Positions 32,632-40,770 of a stretch of 64,000 nucleotides of DNA are shown piece by piece. The notes beneath the pieces are model-generated. The model saw only the letters and a list, made by a program, of their open reading frames with translations, had not been told where the DNA came from and searched no databases. The DNA comes from an uncultured Planctomycetaceae bacterium. GTDB lineage: Bacteria > Planctomycetota > Planctomycetia > Pirellulales > PALSA-1355. The DNA lies in assembly GCA_963785305.1 (NCBI GenBank), contig CAWAUV010000007.1, forward strand, positions 1,856,001-1,920,000, read 5' to 3'. The translations under genes were made by a program, and so were the position numbers. Within the stretch, counting starts at the first letter, position 1. Each line of letters begins with the position of its first letter.

Positions 32632-33276
32632 TTAGTAGTACCAGTCTCGTTTTACGACAACTTCTGGGCGATGATCCTGCGAAGCGAGAAGTCCCCGAAC
32701 TTCATCAGCCATGCTTTGATTGATGACGCCAATAGCAAAAAAGCCGGTCCACGGAAACTGCTGATGAACCAGAAATTCTGCTTGCTTTCGCTCCTTGATG
32801 GTTGGGTCGCTCCAGTACGTTGCTTGTACGGCGTTCCAATCTACGAAATTATCGAATTGCGCAAGATCGTTTGAAAACCTTGCATATCTTGCCCCCGCAT
32901 TCCCGTCCGAAAACGCCCAGGGGCGTCCTCCGGCATTCTGAATGGGGATGTCAATACGTGAAACCAAATGCACGATTCGATCTTGCCCGCCTTGGTAAGT
33001 CAATTCGGCATTCCGACGATGGATCACATAAAGCATCGGTGAGCGAGGGCAAAAATAGAACGGAACGTAGTGTCCCACGTTGGTTGATGGATGACAGGAG
33101 ACGGGCAGTTCCTCCAGCCTTCGCTTCTTGATCGTGTCGAAGCCGATCACGGTCCTCCGGTTCTGCGTTTTTAGGACTTCAAAATCCGACCACAGACACT
33201 CATCCGTCAAAATCGCCGGGAGGTTGTCAACGTGAGTGATATGGAAGATCAGCCGTTCATGAACGGGTTTCGTCAT
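32632..33276 (-). CDS. darT: DarT ssDNA ADP-ribosyltransferase toxin (DUF4433)
   Basis: FHITHVDNLPAIL, YVPFYFCPRSPMLY, FSDGNA, KQAEFLV (catalytic Glu), WYY end. Confidence 0.92.
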   Translation of the reverse strand: MTKPVHERLIFHITHVDNLPAILTDECLWSDFEVLKTQNRRTVIGFDTIKKRRLEELPVSCHPSTNVGHYVPFYFCPRSPMLYVIHRRNAELTYQGGQDRIVHLVSRIDIPIQNAGGRPWAFSDGNAGARYARFSNDLAQFDNFVDWNAVQATYWSDPTIKERKQAEFLVHQQFPWTGFFAIGVINQSMADEVRGLLASQDHRPEVVVKRDWYY

Positions 33277-35018
33277 CGCTCCTCCTCTTCACCTTGAAGC
33301 GAAACCTGTTTCGACTTCACCCGGCGACCACGAGTTCGGGCCGGATTTGCGGCCTTGCCGTTTCCTTCATGTACTGACCGACTCGCTCGCAACCGCTCTA
33401 GTAGCACACTTGCAGGTTCGTCCTTCGGGTCTTGCGGGACCAGTTTTCCCTCGAAGGCTTGCGTCAAGATGCTCTGACGAAGGCGGTCTGCACGGGTTAA
33501 ATTGCTTTCCAACTGTTGCTCGGCAACTGCGATCACAGAAAGTCGTTCCTCAACCTCTGCGGCAATTAGCCTTTGCTCCGCAAGTGGAGCCAATGGAAAC
33601 GGCAAGGCCGAGAACTTGCCAGCACTCAAATGGTTTATCCCGACACCAGCGGATACCTTTGCAAACAGCTTGCTACGATAGTAATGTCGAAACACGGCCA
33701 GAGGGTATTCACTCGGAATCCCAATCGGACGCAAGCGAATTACCGTGTTCTGAAAGCAACAGTCGTCGATTTCTCCATTCCAGACGACGGGCTTTCCGAC
33801 TTGATCTGGGCTTCCTGACGCTTCTGACAACAAAACGTCGCCGGGGTGCAAGCGATATGTTTCCAGTTCCCTCGGCTGGAATTCCATATCGAGAACATCA
33901 GCGAGGTCCAGGCCATCTTCTGTCAAGTTGGCCGCCCGAATGTACTTCGTCGGGAATTCATCGCTACGGTTCTTGGGGGAGCGTTGGCGACCAAGTTGTA
34001 CATCTCCAAGTTGGTCCACGCTCGCCCAGCACCAGCCTTCGGGCAGTTCCGGCAACCCTTTCATATTGGGCGGTGTCGGTTCGACGTACTTCTCTCGCCA
34101 GTTTTTCGGTGGCTTCTTCGTAGAAGCGGCGTCCCGCCGCTTTACTTTTCCGTTTCTCTCCGAAAAGCGGCGGGACGCCGCTTCTACGGTGGCGCACTTG
34201 GCGAGTTGGTCGGCTTCCCACTTCTGGCGGCGTTCCTTTAGGATGCGAGCCAGGAGAGCCGAGGCGGGTTCAAAAGTAGATGCGGCATCTTGCCGCATTT
34301 GGGGATCGGGAGAAAAGCGGCGGGACGCCGCTTCTACACGCCATGCCTCGGTGAGCTTACCTTCGACGGCGGCCTTGAGGACGACGGCACGGTAACGCTT
34401 CAGATTCGCCTTCACTCGTTTCAGAGCCGCAATCCCCGCATCCAGGTCGGAGAACAGTTCTTCGACCTTGGCAACAATGCGGCCCTGTTCTTCTTTGGGA
34501 GGCAGCAAGAACGGCATTGACGCAAAGCGGTCGGCGCTCATGTGGTGAATGCCGACACCCTTCGAGACTCGTGCAAAGACACTGTTCCTCGCAAAATGTT
34601 GAAACGCTACCAGGGCGAACTTGGAACTGACCGCCTTGGGGCGAAACCGAATCACCGTATTCTGAAAACAGCAGTTTTCGAGTTCGCCGTTCCAGATGGC
34701 TGGTTTGCCAACCTCGCCCGCACTCCCTGACGCTTCCGACAGAAGTACATCCCCACGCTGAAGCCGGTAACTTACAAGTTCCCTCGGTGGGAAATCCATG
34801 TCGCGAACATCGCTGAGGTCCAATCCGGTCCAAGTGAGGTTCGCCGCCCGAACGTATTTTGTCGGAAATTCGGCGGAACGATTCTTAGGCGAGCGTTGCC
34901 TTCCAAGGCGCACTTCACCAACTTCTCCCACGCTGGTTCTCGTCCAGCCCGGAGGAATCGCTAAGGACCGAATGTCTTCGATCACAATTTCGCCTTGGTG
35001 TCCATTGTCATCGCTCAT
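33273..35018 (-). CDS. hsdS: Type I R-M specificity subunit with two very similar TRDs and two in-frame REP doublets
   Basis: IPPGW..TRD1..LPP.EEQ.RIV..LKAAVEGKL, LPEGW..TRD2..PLAEQ..AFEGKLVPQDP. Confidence 0.93.
   Translation of the reverse strand: MSDDNGHQGEIVIEDIRSLAIPPGWTRTSVGEVGEVRLGRQRSPKNRSAEFPTKYVRAANLTWTGLDLSDVRDMDFPPRELVSYRLQRGDVLLSEASGSAGEVGKPAIWNGELENCCFQNTVIRFRPKAVSSKFALVAFQHFARNSVFARVSKGVGIHHMSADRFASMPFLLPPKEEQGRIVAKVEELFSDLDAGIAALKRVKANLKRYRAVVLKAAVEGKLTEAWRVEAASRRFSPDPQMRQDAASTFEPASALLARILKERRQKWEADQLAKCATVEAASRRFSERNGKVKRRDAASTKKPPKNWREKYVEPTPPNMKGLPELPEGWCWASVDQLGDVQLGRQRSPKNRSDEFPTKYIRAANLTEDGLDLADVLDMEFQPRELETYRLHPGDVLLSEASGSPDQVGKPVVWNGEIDDCCFQNTVIRLRPIGIPSEYPLAVFRHYYRSKLFAKVSAGVGINHLSAGKFSALPFPLAPLAEQRLIAAEVEERLSVIAVAEQQLESNLTRADRLRQSILTQAFEGKLVPQDPKDEPASVLLERLRASRSVHEGNGKAANPARTRGRRVKSKQVSLQGEEEER
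34120..34187. repeat. Inverted GTAG-REP doublet inside hsdS
   Basis: GTAGAAGCGGCGTCCCGCCGCTT at 34120-34142 (+) and 34165-34187 (-); translated VEAASRRFSERNGKVKRRDAAST. Confidence 0.95.
34276..34337. repeat. Inverted GTAG-REP doublet inside hsdS
   Basis: GTAG-ATGCGGCA-TCT-TGCCGCAT (+, 34276-34298) and consensus copy (-, 34315-34337); translated VEAASRRFSPDPQMRQDAAST. Confidence 0.95.
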
Positions 35019-38000
35019 GCCGCCAACCTCATGTTGAGTTCATCAAGGATGGCGGGGAGCTTGTCCCCGAAGAGTTCGTATGCCCTGCCCAGCCCGCCAA
35101 TCGTGTTGAACGGCACGTCTTCGAGGTCGTCCTGCTCGATGTTCAAACTGGCGGCGATATGGTCCTTGATGGCGTCAAGCCATTTCCGCTGGTCGGCGGT
35201 GAACGTAACGCCAGCCTGCTGCTTGTCAGCGATCCACTGCTGATACCGTTCTTCAACCGTCATGCCGACCGGGGCCAAGGGCGTGTTCGGATCAATGGCG
35301 TGGCGCACCAGGGCAATCACATCCACCAAGTAGAAGCGGCGGGACGCCGCTTCTACGTTCTTCTTTTTATCGCCGTCGTCACCGTTGCCAACAGGCAAGC
35401 GGCGGGACGCCGCTTCTACGAGTTCAAACGCTTGCCAGAGTCGCAGCAGCGATTCGGGCCGGTTCGGGTCCACGAAGAACGGCGGTTGATTGAGCTTCGC
35501 CGCCAGTTCCTTGACGTGCCGAAACTTCAGACCGGCCCGATAAGGAACGCTGTACAAGACCTGGAGGGCTTCGATCTCGTCCTTGTTGTCTTCGATGAAC
35601 TTCCTGAAGCTGGTGAGCATCGACTTGGCTTTTTCCAGCGCCTCGGCATCGAAGCCCGCCCGACGTAGCTGGTCGGGCGTCTGCTCGTCAATGACCTGCT
35701 CCAAAGACCGCTTCGCCGCCAGAATCGCATCTCGCAGCTTGGGATCGTGGAAGGCTTTCAGTGCCGTCGCCATCTGTTCCCGCTCGACCTGAACGACCTG
35801 TTCCTCGGTCGGCTCCCAAGTAGACACGGCGTCTCGCCGTGTTTGCAACGCCGCCGAAAGCGAAAACGTCCCTTCGGCAAGATGCTCGGGATTCGCCAGA
35901 ATGTAGTCGTCGATTCGTTCCAACGATGCAGGCGAACGCACGATATGATCGAATGATTCCTTTTGCCAAAAAACTCCCGTTCTTCCCACCAGCTTGTTGA
36001 TGGCTTTCGACGTAAAAGATTTCCACGAATGCAGAATGTCGGAAAGCTCGTTCGTGCCGAACGGCGTGACGACGACATGGACATGATTGGGCATCACTAC
36101 CCATTCTCGCAAAGCGTAACGATCACCATTGAAATGAAGAAGGGCATCGACGACGATTTGCCGAACGTCTGGACGAGCCAGAAGACACTCTCCATGGCCG
36201 GCGTCAAGCCATTGTTGGATCCGTTCGGGAAACTTCCGCCAATACAGTTGCTTCTGCTCGGGCGAGTGCGGCTCGGGATTACGGCTCAGCCATGCATCTC
36301 GTTCCGCCAGCCATTGGTTTAGTTTTGCTTGCGGGAGGCTGTCAGCCGCGCGGAACGTGACGAAATAGGTCGAGCCGTCTTGCCTCCAATGGGGAAGGTT
36401 TCCTTCAAGCACGGCGACGGGGGCGGCGGGGTCGAAGTAGCCGATCTCGGCGGGGTCGCCCGTGATCGGGTGAAAGCGGCGTGACGCCGCTTCTACATTC
36501 ACATCCGGGTCGATGCTCTTGAGCAGCCCCGCACTCAGTTCGGAGAGCGACTTCCCGCCCGATGCTTTCTGGATCGCCGCTTGCTGGATCGGGTCCAATT
36601 CCAGATCGAGCCGAGAAAGGCGAGAGGCCAATGTGGACACTACATCGTCGTTGGCGGCGCCCGCCGCGACGAGGTTGAGAATCTTGTCGAGTGGCACAGA
36701 CGGCTTGCGATCCAGCGGCTTCGTGGCCGTCTTTTCGTCCTCGCAGACGCCCACGGCATCGACAATAACGAAGTGTGTCTTGTGCTTGGCATCGGGCGTG
36801 ACGCTTTGCAGCACGTCGGGATCGACGACCCGGCAACCTCGGCCCTTCATCTGCTCGAAGTAGCCGAGTGAGCGGATATTCCGCATGAAGATCAGGCATT
36901 CGAGCGGCTTCACGTCGGTTCCCGTGGCGATCATGTCCACGGTGACGGCGATGCGGGGGAAGTACGAATTGCGGAACTCCGACAGTAGTTCGTCGGGCTT
37001 CTTGCCGGTGCTTTTCGAGGTGATCTTCTGGCAGAAGTCGTTCCCCTTGCCGAATTCTTCCCGGATGATGCGCACGATGTCTTCGGCGTGAAGGTCGGTC
37101 TTGGCGAAGACGAGCGTTTTCGGAACCTCGGTGCGACCCGGAAAGATTTCCTGCAGCTTGTCCTTGAACGTGCGGATCACCAGCCGGATTTGGTTCTCCG
37201 AAACCACGTCCCGGTCAAGTTGGTTGGCGGTGTAGGTCAGATCGTCATCGAGTTCTTTGTATTTCGTCCCTTTCGTGCGCCGATCACGATGCGGAACGAA
37301 CACGCCGGGTTCACGAGCGAGTTTGGCCCCGTCCTTGGTGATCTGCGTTTCGATGCGGTACACGTCGTAGCCGACGTTGACGCCATCAACCACGGCCTGC
37401 TCGTGGGCGTAATCCTGAACCAGATTGCCGCCGAAGAATCCGATGGTCTGCTTGGTCGGCGTGGCGGTCAGGCCGATGAGGAACGAGTCAAAGTATTCGA
37501 GGACTTGCCGCCAGATGTTGTAAATGCTGCGGTGACATTCATCGACCACGATGAAGTCAAACATCTCAATGGGAATCTTGGCATTGTAAACGACCGGCAG
37601 CGGCTCTGGTAGAAGCGGCGTCTCGCCGCTTGAGTTTGTCCCGACGAAGCGGCAAGATGCCGCTTCTACTTCGAAAAGCGAGCCTTCCTCATTTTCTTCC
37701 AGGAAGTCTTCCTCGCCCTTGAGCATCGAGTAGAGTCGCTGGATCGTCGTGATGCAGACCTTCGAGGCCGGGGCAATCGTGTTTTTCTTCAAGTGCTGAA
37801 CGGTGTATTCCTCGGTGAACTTGTAGCCGTTGACCGGACTGACGAATTGCTGGAACTCGTTGAGCGTCTGCTTGCCCAGGTTGTTGCGATCCACGAGGAA
37901 CAGGATGCGCTTCGCATCGGCGTATTTGATGAGCCGGTAGCAGAAGTTGACGGCGGTGAAAGTTTTGCCACTGCCGGTCGCCATCTGGATCAGCGCACGG

Positions 38001-38527
38001 GGGCGGTTGGCGGCGAGCGACGTTTCGAGGTTCTGGATGCTCTCGATCTGAACCCGCCACAGGTGGCCGATGTTCAGCGGCGGCATTTCTCGGAGCTTCG
38101 TGCGAACTTGTTTGTCTAGCTTGACGAGACGGATCAGTTCTTCGGGTCGATGGAACGTAAATACGGCCCGGCTGCGAGCGTCCGGCTCCAGAGTGTTCGT
38201 GAACTGCGTGACTTCCCCCGTGGACTCGTATGCGAAGGGGAGCGGCAGGCGATAGTTCGGCAATGTCTTCGGCAGGCCATCGAGATATTTGCCCGACTGC
38301 GTTTCGACGCCAGTGAGCGTATGGCCCTTCGGCTTTGCTTCGACAACGCCAATAGCCTTGGCATCAGCGTAGAGTATGTAGTCGGCGTCGCCGGTGGTGA
38401 GAGGAAATTCCCGAACAGCCACTCCCAGGCCCGCCGTGATGTTCATCTGGTGGTAGTCCTGCACAATCCAACCAGCCTGTTCAAGCTCGCGGTCGATTTG
38501 CTGCCGGGCTTTTTGTTCCGGGGTCAT
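35015..38527 (-). CDS. hsdR: Type I R-M restriction subunit (EcoEI-like) carrying an internal in-frame RAYT domain and REP inserts
   Basis: ATG 38527 with GGAGG RBS; ADY...VEAK nuclease, MATGSGKT, DECH, GLTATP, QMKGRG; EcoEI_R_C-like end (FTADQRKWL, PF..IGG). Confidence 0.95.
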   Translation of the reverse strand: MTPEQKARQQIDRELEQAGWIVQDYHQMNITAGLGVAVREFPLTTGDADYILYADAKAIGVVEAKPKGHTLTGVETQSGKYLDGLPKTLPNYRLPLPFAYESTGEVTQFTNTLEPDARSRAVFTFHRPEELIRLVKLDKQVRTKLREMPPLNIGHLWRVQIESIQNLETSLAANRPRALIQMATGSGKTFTAVNFCYRLIKYADAKRILFLVDRNNLGKQTLNEFQQFVSPVNGYKFTEEYTVQHLKKNTIAPASKVCITTIQRLYSMLKGEEDFLEENEEGSLFEVEAASCRFVGTNSSGETPLLPEPLPVVYNAKIPIEMFDFIVVDECHRSIYNIWRQVLEYFDSFLIGLTATPTKQTIGFFGGNLVQDYAHEQAVVDGVNVGYDVYRIETQITKDGAKLAREPGVFVPHRDRRTKGTKYKELDDDLTYTANQLDRDVVSENQIRLVIRTFKDKLQEIFPGRTEVPKTLVFAKTDLHAEDIVRIIREEFGKGNDFCQKITSKSTGKKPDELLSEFRNSYFPRIAVTVDMIATGTDVKPLECLIFMRNIRSLGYFEQMKGRGCRVVDPDVLQSVTPDAKHKTHFVIVDAVGVCEDEKTATKPLDRKPSVPLDKILNLVAAGAANDDVVSTLASRLSRLDLELDPIQQAAIQKASGGKSLSELSAGLLKSIDPDVNVEAASRRFHPITGDPAEIGYFDPAAPVAVLEGNLPHWRQDGSTYFVTFRAADSLPQAKLNQWLAERDAWLSRNPEPHSPEQKQLYWRKFPERIQQWLDAGHGECLLARPDVRQIVVDALLHFNGDRYALREWVVMPNHVHVVVTPFGTNELSDILHSWKSFTSKAINKLVGRTGVFWQKESFDHIVRSPASLERIDDYILANPEHLAEGTFSLSAALQTRRDAVSTWEPTEEQVVQVEREQMATALKAFHDPKLRDAILAAKRSLEQVIDEQTPDQLRRAGFDAEALEKAKSMLTSFRKFIEDNKDEIEALQVLYSVPYRAGLKFRHVKELAAKLNQPPFFVDPNRPESLLRLWQAFELVEAASRRLPVGNGDDGDKKKNVEAASRRFYLVDVIALVRHAIDPNTPLAPVGMTVEERYQQWIADKQQAGVTFTADQRKWLDAIKDHIAASLNIEQDDLEDVPFNTIGGLGRAYELFGDKLPAILDELNMRLAA
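35330..35419. repeat. Two REP copies in direct orientation near the hsdR 3' end; one is a perfect double-GTAG palindrome
   Basis: GTAGAAGCGGCG-GGA-CGCCGCTTCTAC 35330-35356; consensus copy (-) 35397-35419; translated VEAASRRLPVGNGDDGDKKKNVEAASRRFY. Confidence 0.92.
35820..36496 (-). mobile_element. REP-RAYT-REP cassette (HUH/Y1 tyrosine transposase) fused in frame within hsdR
   Basis: GNLPHWRQDGSTYFVTFR, WVVMPNHVH (HUH), HSWKSFTS, FWQKESFDHIVR, YILANP (catalytic Tyr); flanked by inverted REPs 36474-36496 (-) and 35820-35842 (+). Confidence 0.92.
37609..37669. repeat. Inverted GTAG-REP doublet inside hsdR just upstream of the DECH motif
   Basis: GTAG-AAGCGGCG-TCT-CGCCGCTT (+, 37609-37631) and GTAG-AAGCGGCA-TCT-TGCCGCTT (-, 37647-37669); translated VEAASCRFVGTNSSGETPLL. 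Confidence 0.93.
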
Positions 38528-39532
38528 GGTTTGGCCTCCACTCGGGCGGCGGTGCCGGAGGTGTTTAATCCTCTCATTTCGCCACGGGCGTCGCGTGGTA
38601 TGATGGCGCCGGCGTGTGCGGAGCGTGCCGACGATCTCGGCGACCGAACTCGCGCCGAGCTCGGCAAGCGCCGCTGGCAGGGCATCGAGCAGGCGGAGGC
38701 TCGCGCCCGGATCGTAAAAATTGGCGGTGCCGATCTGCACTGCCGTGGCCCCGGCGACGAGGAACTCCATCACATCGTCGAGCGTGGCGATGCCGCCGAT
38801 GCCGATGACCGGAATCTCCACCGCGCGAGCCACCTGATACACCGCCCGCAGCGCGATCGGTTTGATGGCCGGCCCGCTCAACCCGCCGACGATATTACCG
38901 AGCATCGGCCTCCGGCGGCGCCAATCGACGGCCATGCCCAGGCAGGTGTTGATCACGGAGAGTCCGTCGGCCCCGCCGGCGGCGGCGGCTTTGGCGATCG
39001 ACGCGATATCGGTCACGTTGGGAGTGAGCTTGGCCAATATCGGCAGTCGACACGCGTGGCGGCAGCCCTCGACTACTTGCTGGCACAGTGTGGGGTTCGC
39101 GCCAAAGTCGACGCCGCCGCTCACATTGGGGCACGAGATATTGAGCTCCAACGCGGCGATGCCGGGAACCCCATCGAGTCGGGCGGCGAGATCGACGAAG
39201 TCTTGATAATCGTGCCCGGCGATGCTCACCACGATCGGCGAACCAAGCGCGGCGAGATACGGCATGTGGCCGGCGATGAAGGCCTCGACGCCATCATTGT
39301 CGAGACCGATCGAATTGAGCATGCCTGCCGCCGTTTCCACGGTTCGCCAGGGAGCGTTGCCGGCGCACGGTTTGGCGGTGATCGTCTTGGGCACGATTCC
39401 GCCCAGCCGAGCAAGATCGACAAAGCCAGCCATCTCGCGGGCATAACCAAACGTGCCCGACGCCACGAGAATCGGATTCGGCAGCGCGAGGCGCCCGAGG
39501 CGAACGGCAAGATCGACAAGAGGCGTGTTCAC
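38528..39532 (-). CDS. pyrD: Dihydroorotate dehydrogenase (family 1B catalytic subunit); no in-frame stop before hsdR
   Basis: NPILVASGTFG, MLNSIGLDN, ELNISCPNV, KLTPNVTD, INT, GGLSGPAIKP, QIGTA. Confidence 0.93.
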
Positions 39533-39834
39533 GAGTTGCGGAATCCCAGGGAATTCAAAGAAGCGCGGCAAGCGTGGCGACTCGGGGGCGATGAGAGACC
39601 ATGCTCAATGTACGGCCCGGATCGTGGGGCGGCAATCGGGCGGCGCGGGATCGAGCAGCGATCCAAGGGCCGAACCATTGCTTCGCGAAAAGAAGGGGCG
39701 CCGTAGCGCCGGGCTGATGGTGATCGTCGCGGGCAGCGAGCGAAGCGAGAAGAAAACCAAGCGAAGACTGATGGACCGCAAAAAAACGACAAAGCGATTG
39801 ACGGGGGGCGCGAACTCTTGGCCCGCGCGCTCGA

Positions 39835-40131
39835 CTAGATCAGTCCGCCGTGCGTGCGGTAGGGCGTCAGGTGGCTCGGCTGATCGAGGAACCAGATTCG
39901 GTTCCACTCTTCCAAGATCACGCGCAAGTTTTCCGACGTGAAGATCAACTGCTGGGTTCTGGCGGCTGGATCGCCCTGATAAATGGGCCAGAAGCAACCC
40001 CCACTGGCGCTGAGGCCGCAGCTTACGACGATCGCGAACAAAAGCCTGCGCATCCGAGAGACTCCTCCGTGAGGAACTGCTGCCACCAGGGGACCGCGTG
40101 CGGTCGAACGCCACCCTCGAACAAAGGGCAA
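39835..40131 (-). CDS. Small planctomycete-type lipoprotein-like hypothetical protein
   Basis: Signal peptide with Cys then SENLR...EW.RIWFLDQPSHLTPYRTHGG. Confidence 0.6.
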   Translation of the reverse strand: MPFVRGWRSTARGPLVAAVPHGGVSRMRRLLFAIVVSCGLSASGGCFWPIYQGDPAARTQQLIFTSENLRVILEEWNRIWFLDQPSHLTPYRTHGGLI

Positions 40132-40326
40132 CGCGCGAGTCGCGTCATGTTCCGATCCAACGATCAGCGGCCTGTGTCTTGTCGGCCCCGACGACCCGCG
40201 CCCGTTTGAGGCGTCGGCAATCGAAGCCGTTGAAATCCGTTTCGAGCGATTGCTTTGAGACGAGTCGAACCAAATCAGACGGGATATATCGTAATGTTCT
40301 TTGTTCTTGAATTTTCGCGACGCTTT

Positions 40327-40770
40327 TCAGGGCGCCGCGCTGTTGGGCGAACTATACACGGTCGAACCGTCGATCCGGCCGCGATCGGCCGTTTCGTCCG
40401 CGGGGCCGTTGCCCGACGCCGGTCGCGCGTCGTCGGAGCCTTCGGCCTCGACACACAGTCCCGCGGCGCGGGCTCGCTCGGCGGCTTGCCGCTCGAGTTC
40501 GCGCACACGTTCTTCCATCTCTTTGCCCGGTTTGAAGGTCACGACGAATTTCTCCGGCACGTACACCTTATCTCCGGTTCGCGGATTGCGGGCCTTGCGG
40601 GCGGCTCGTTTCTTGACTTCGAACACGCCGAAGTTCCGCAATTCGATGCGACGTTCCTCGACCAGCGTTTCCACGATCGCGTCAAATGTCTTCTGAACGA
40701 TCTCTTTTGTCTTGAGCTGCGTGAGCCCGATCTCGTCGGAAATGGTCTTGACGATCTCTTTCTTGGTCAC
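40327..40770 (-). CDS. HU/IHF family DNA-binding protein
   Basis: [34 protein letters not shown]. Confidence 0.93.
   Translation of the reverse strand: MTKKEIVKTISDEIGLTQLKTKEIVQKTFDAIVETLVEERRIELRNFGVFEVKKRAARKARNPRTGDKVYVPEKFVVTFKPGKEMEERVRELERQAAERARAAGLCVEAEGSDDARPASGNGPADETADRGRIDGSTVYSSPNSAAP

Noticed and set aside
35820..36496. HsdR insert as an intein or an IS200/IS605 element
   Set aside because: No Cys/Ser start, His-Asn end or Hint motifs, and no tnpB. Motifs and GTAG hairpins fit RAYT.
30785..37669. GTAG repeats as a CRISPR array
   Set aside because: Copies are mostly inverted pairs dispersed over 7 kb inside ORFs, with no regular spacers and no cas genes.
35015..39571. 1518-aa ORF as an evolved PyrD-HsdR fusion enzyme
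   Set aside because: hsdR has its own RBS and ATG, and the linker looks like read-through non-coding DNA. Kept only as a junction observation.
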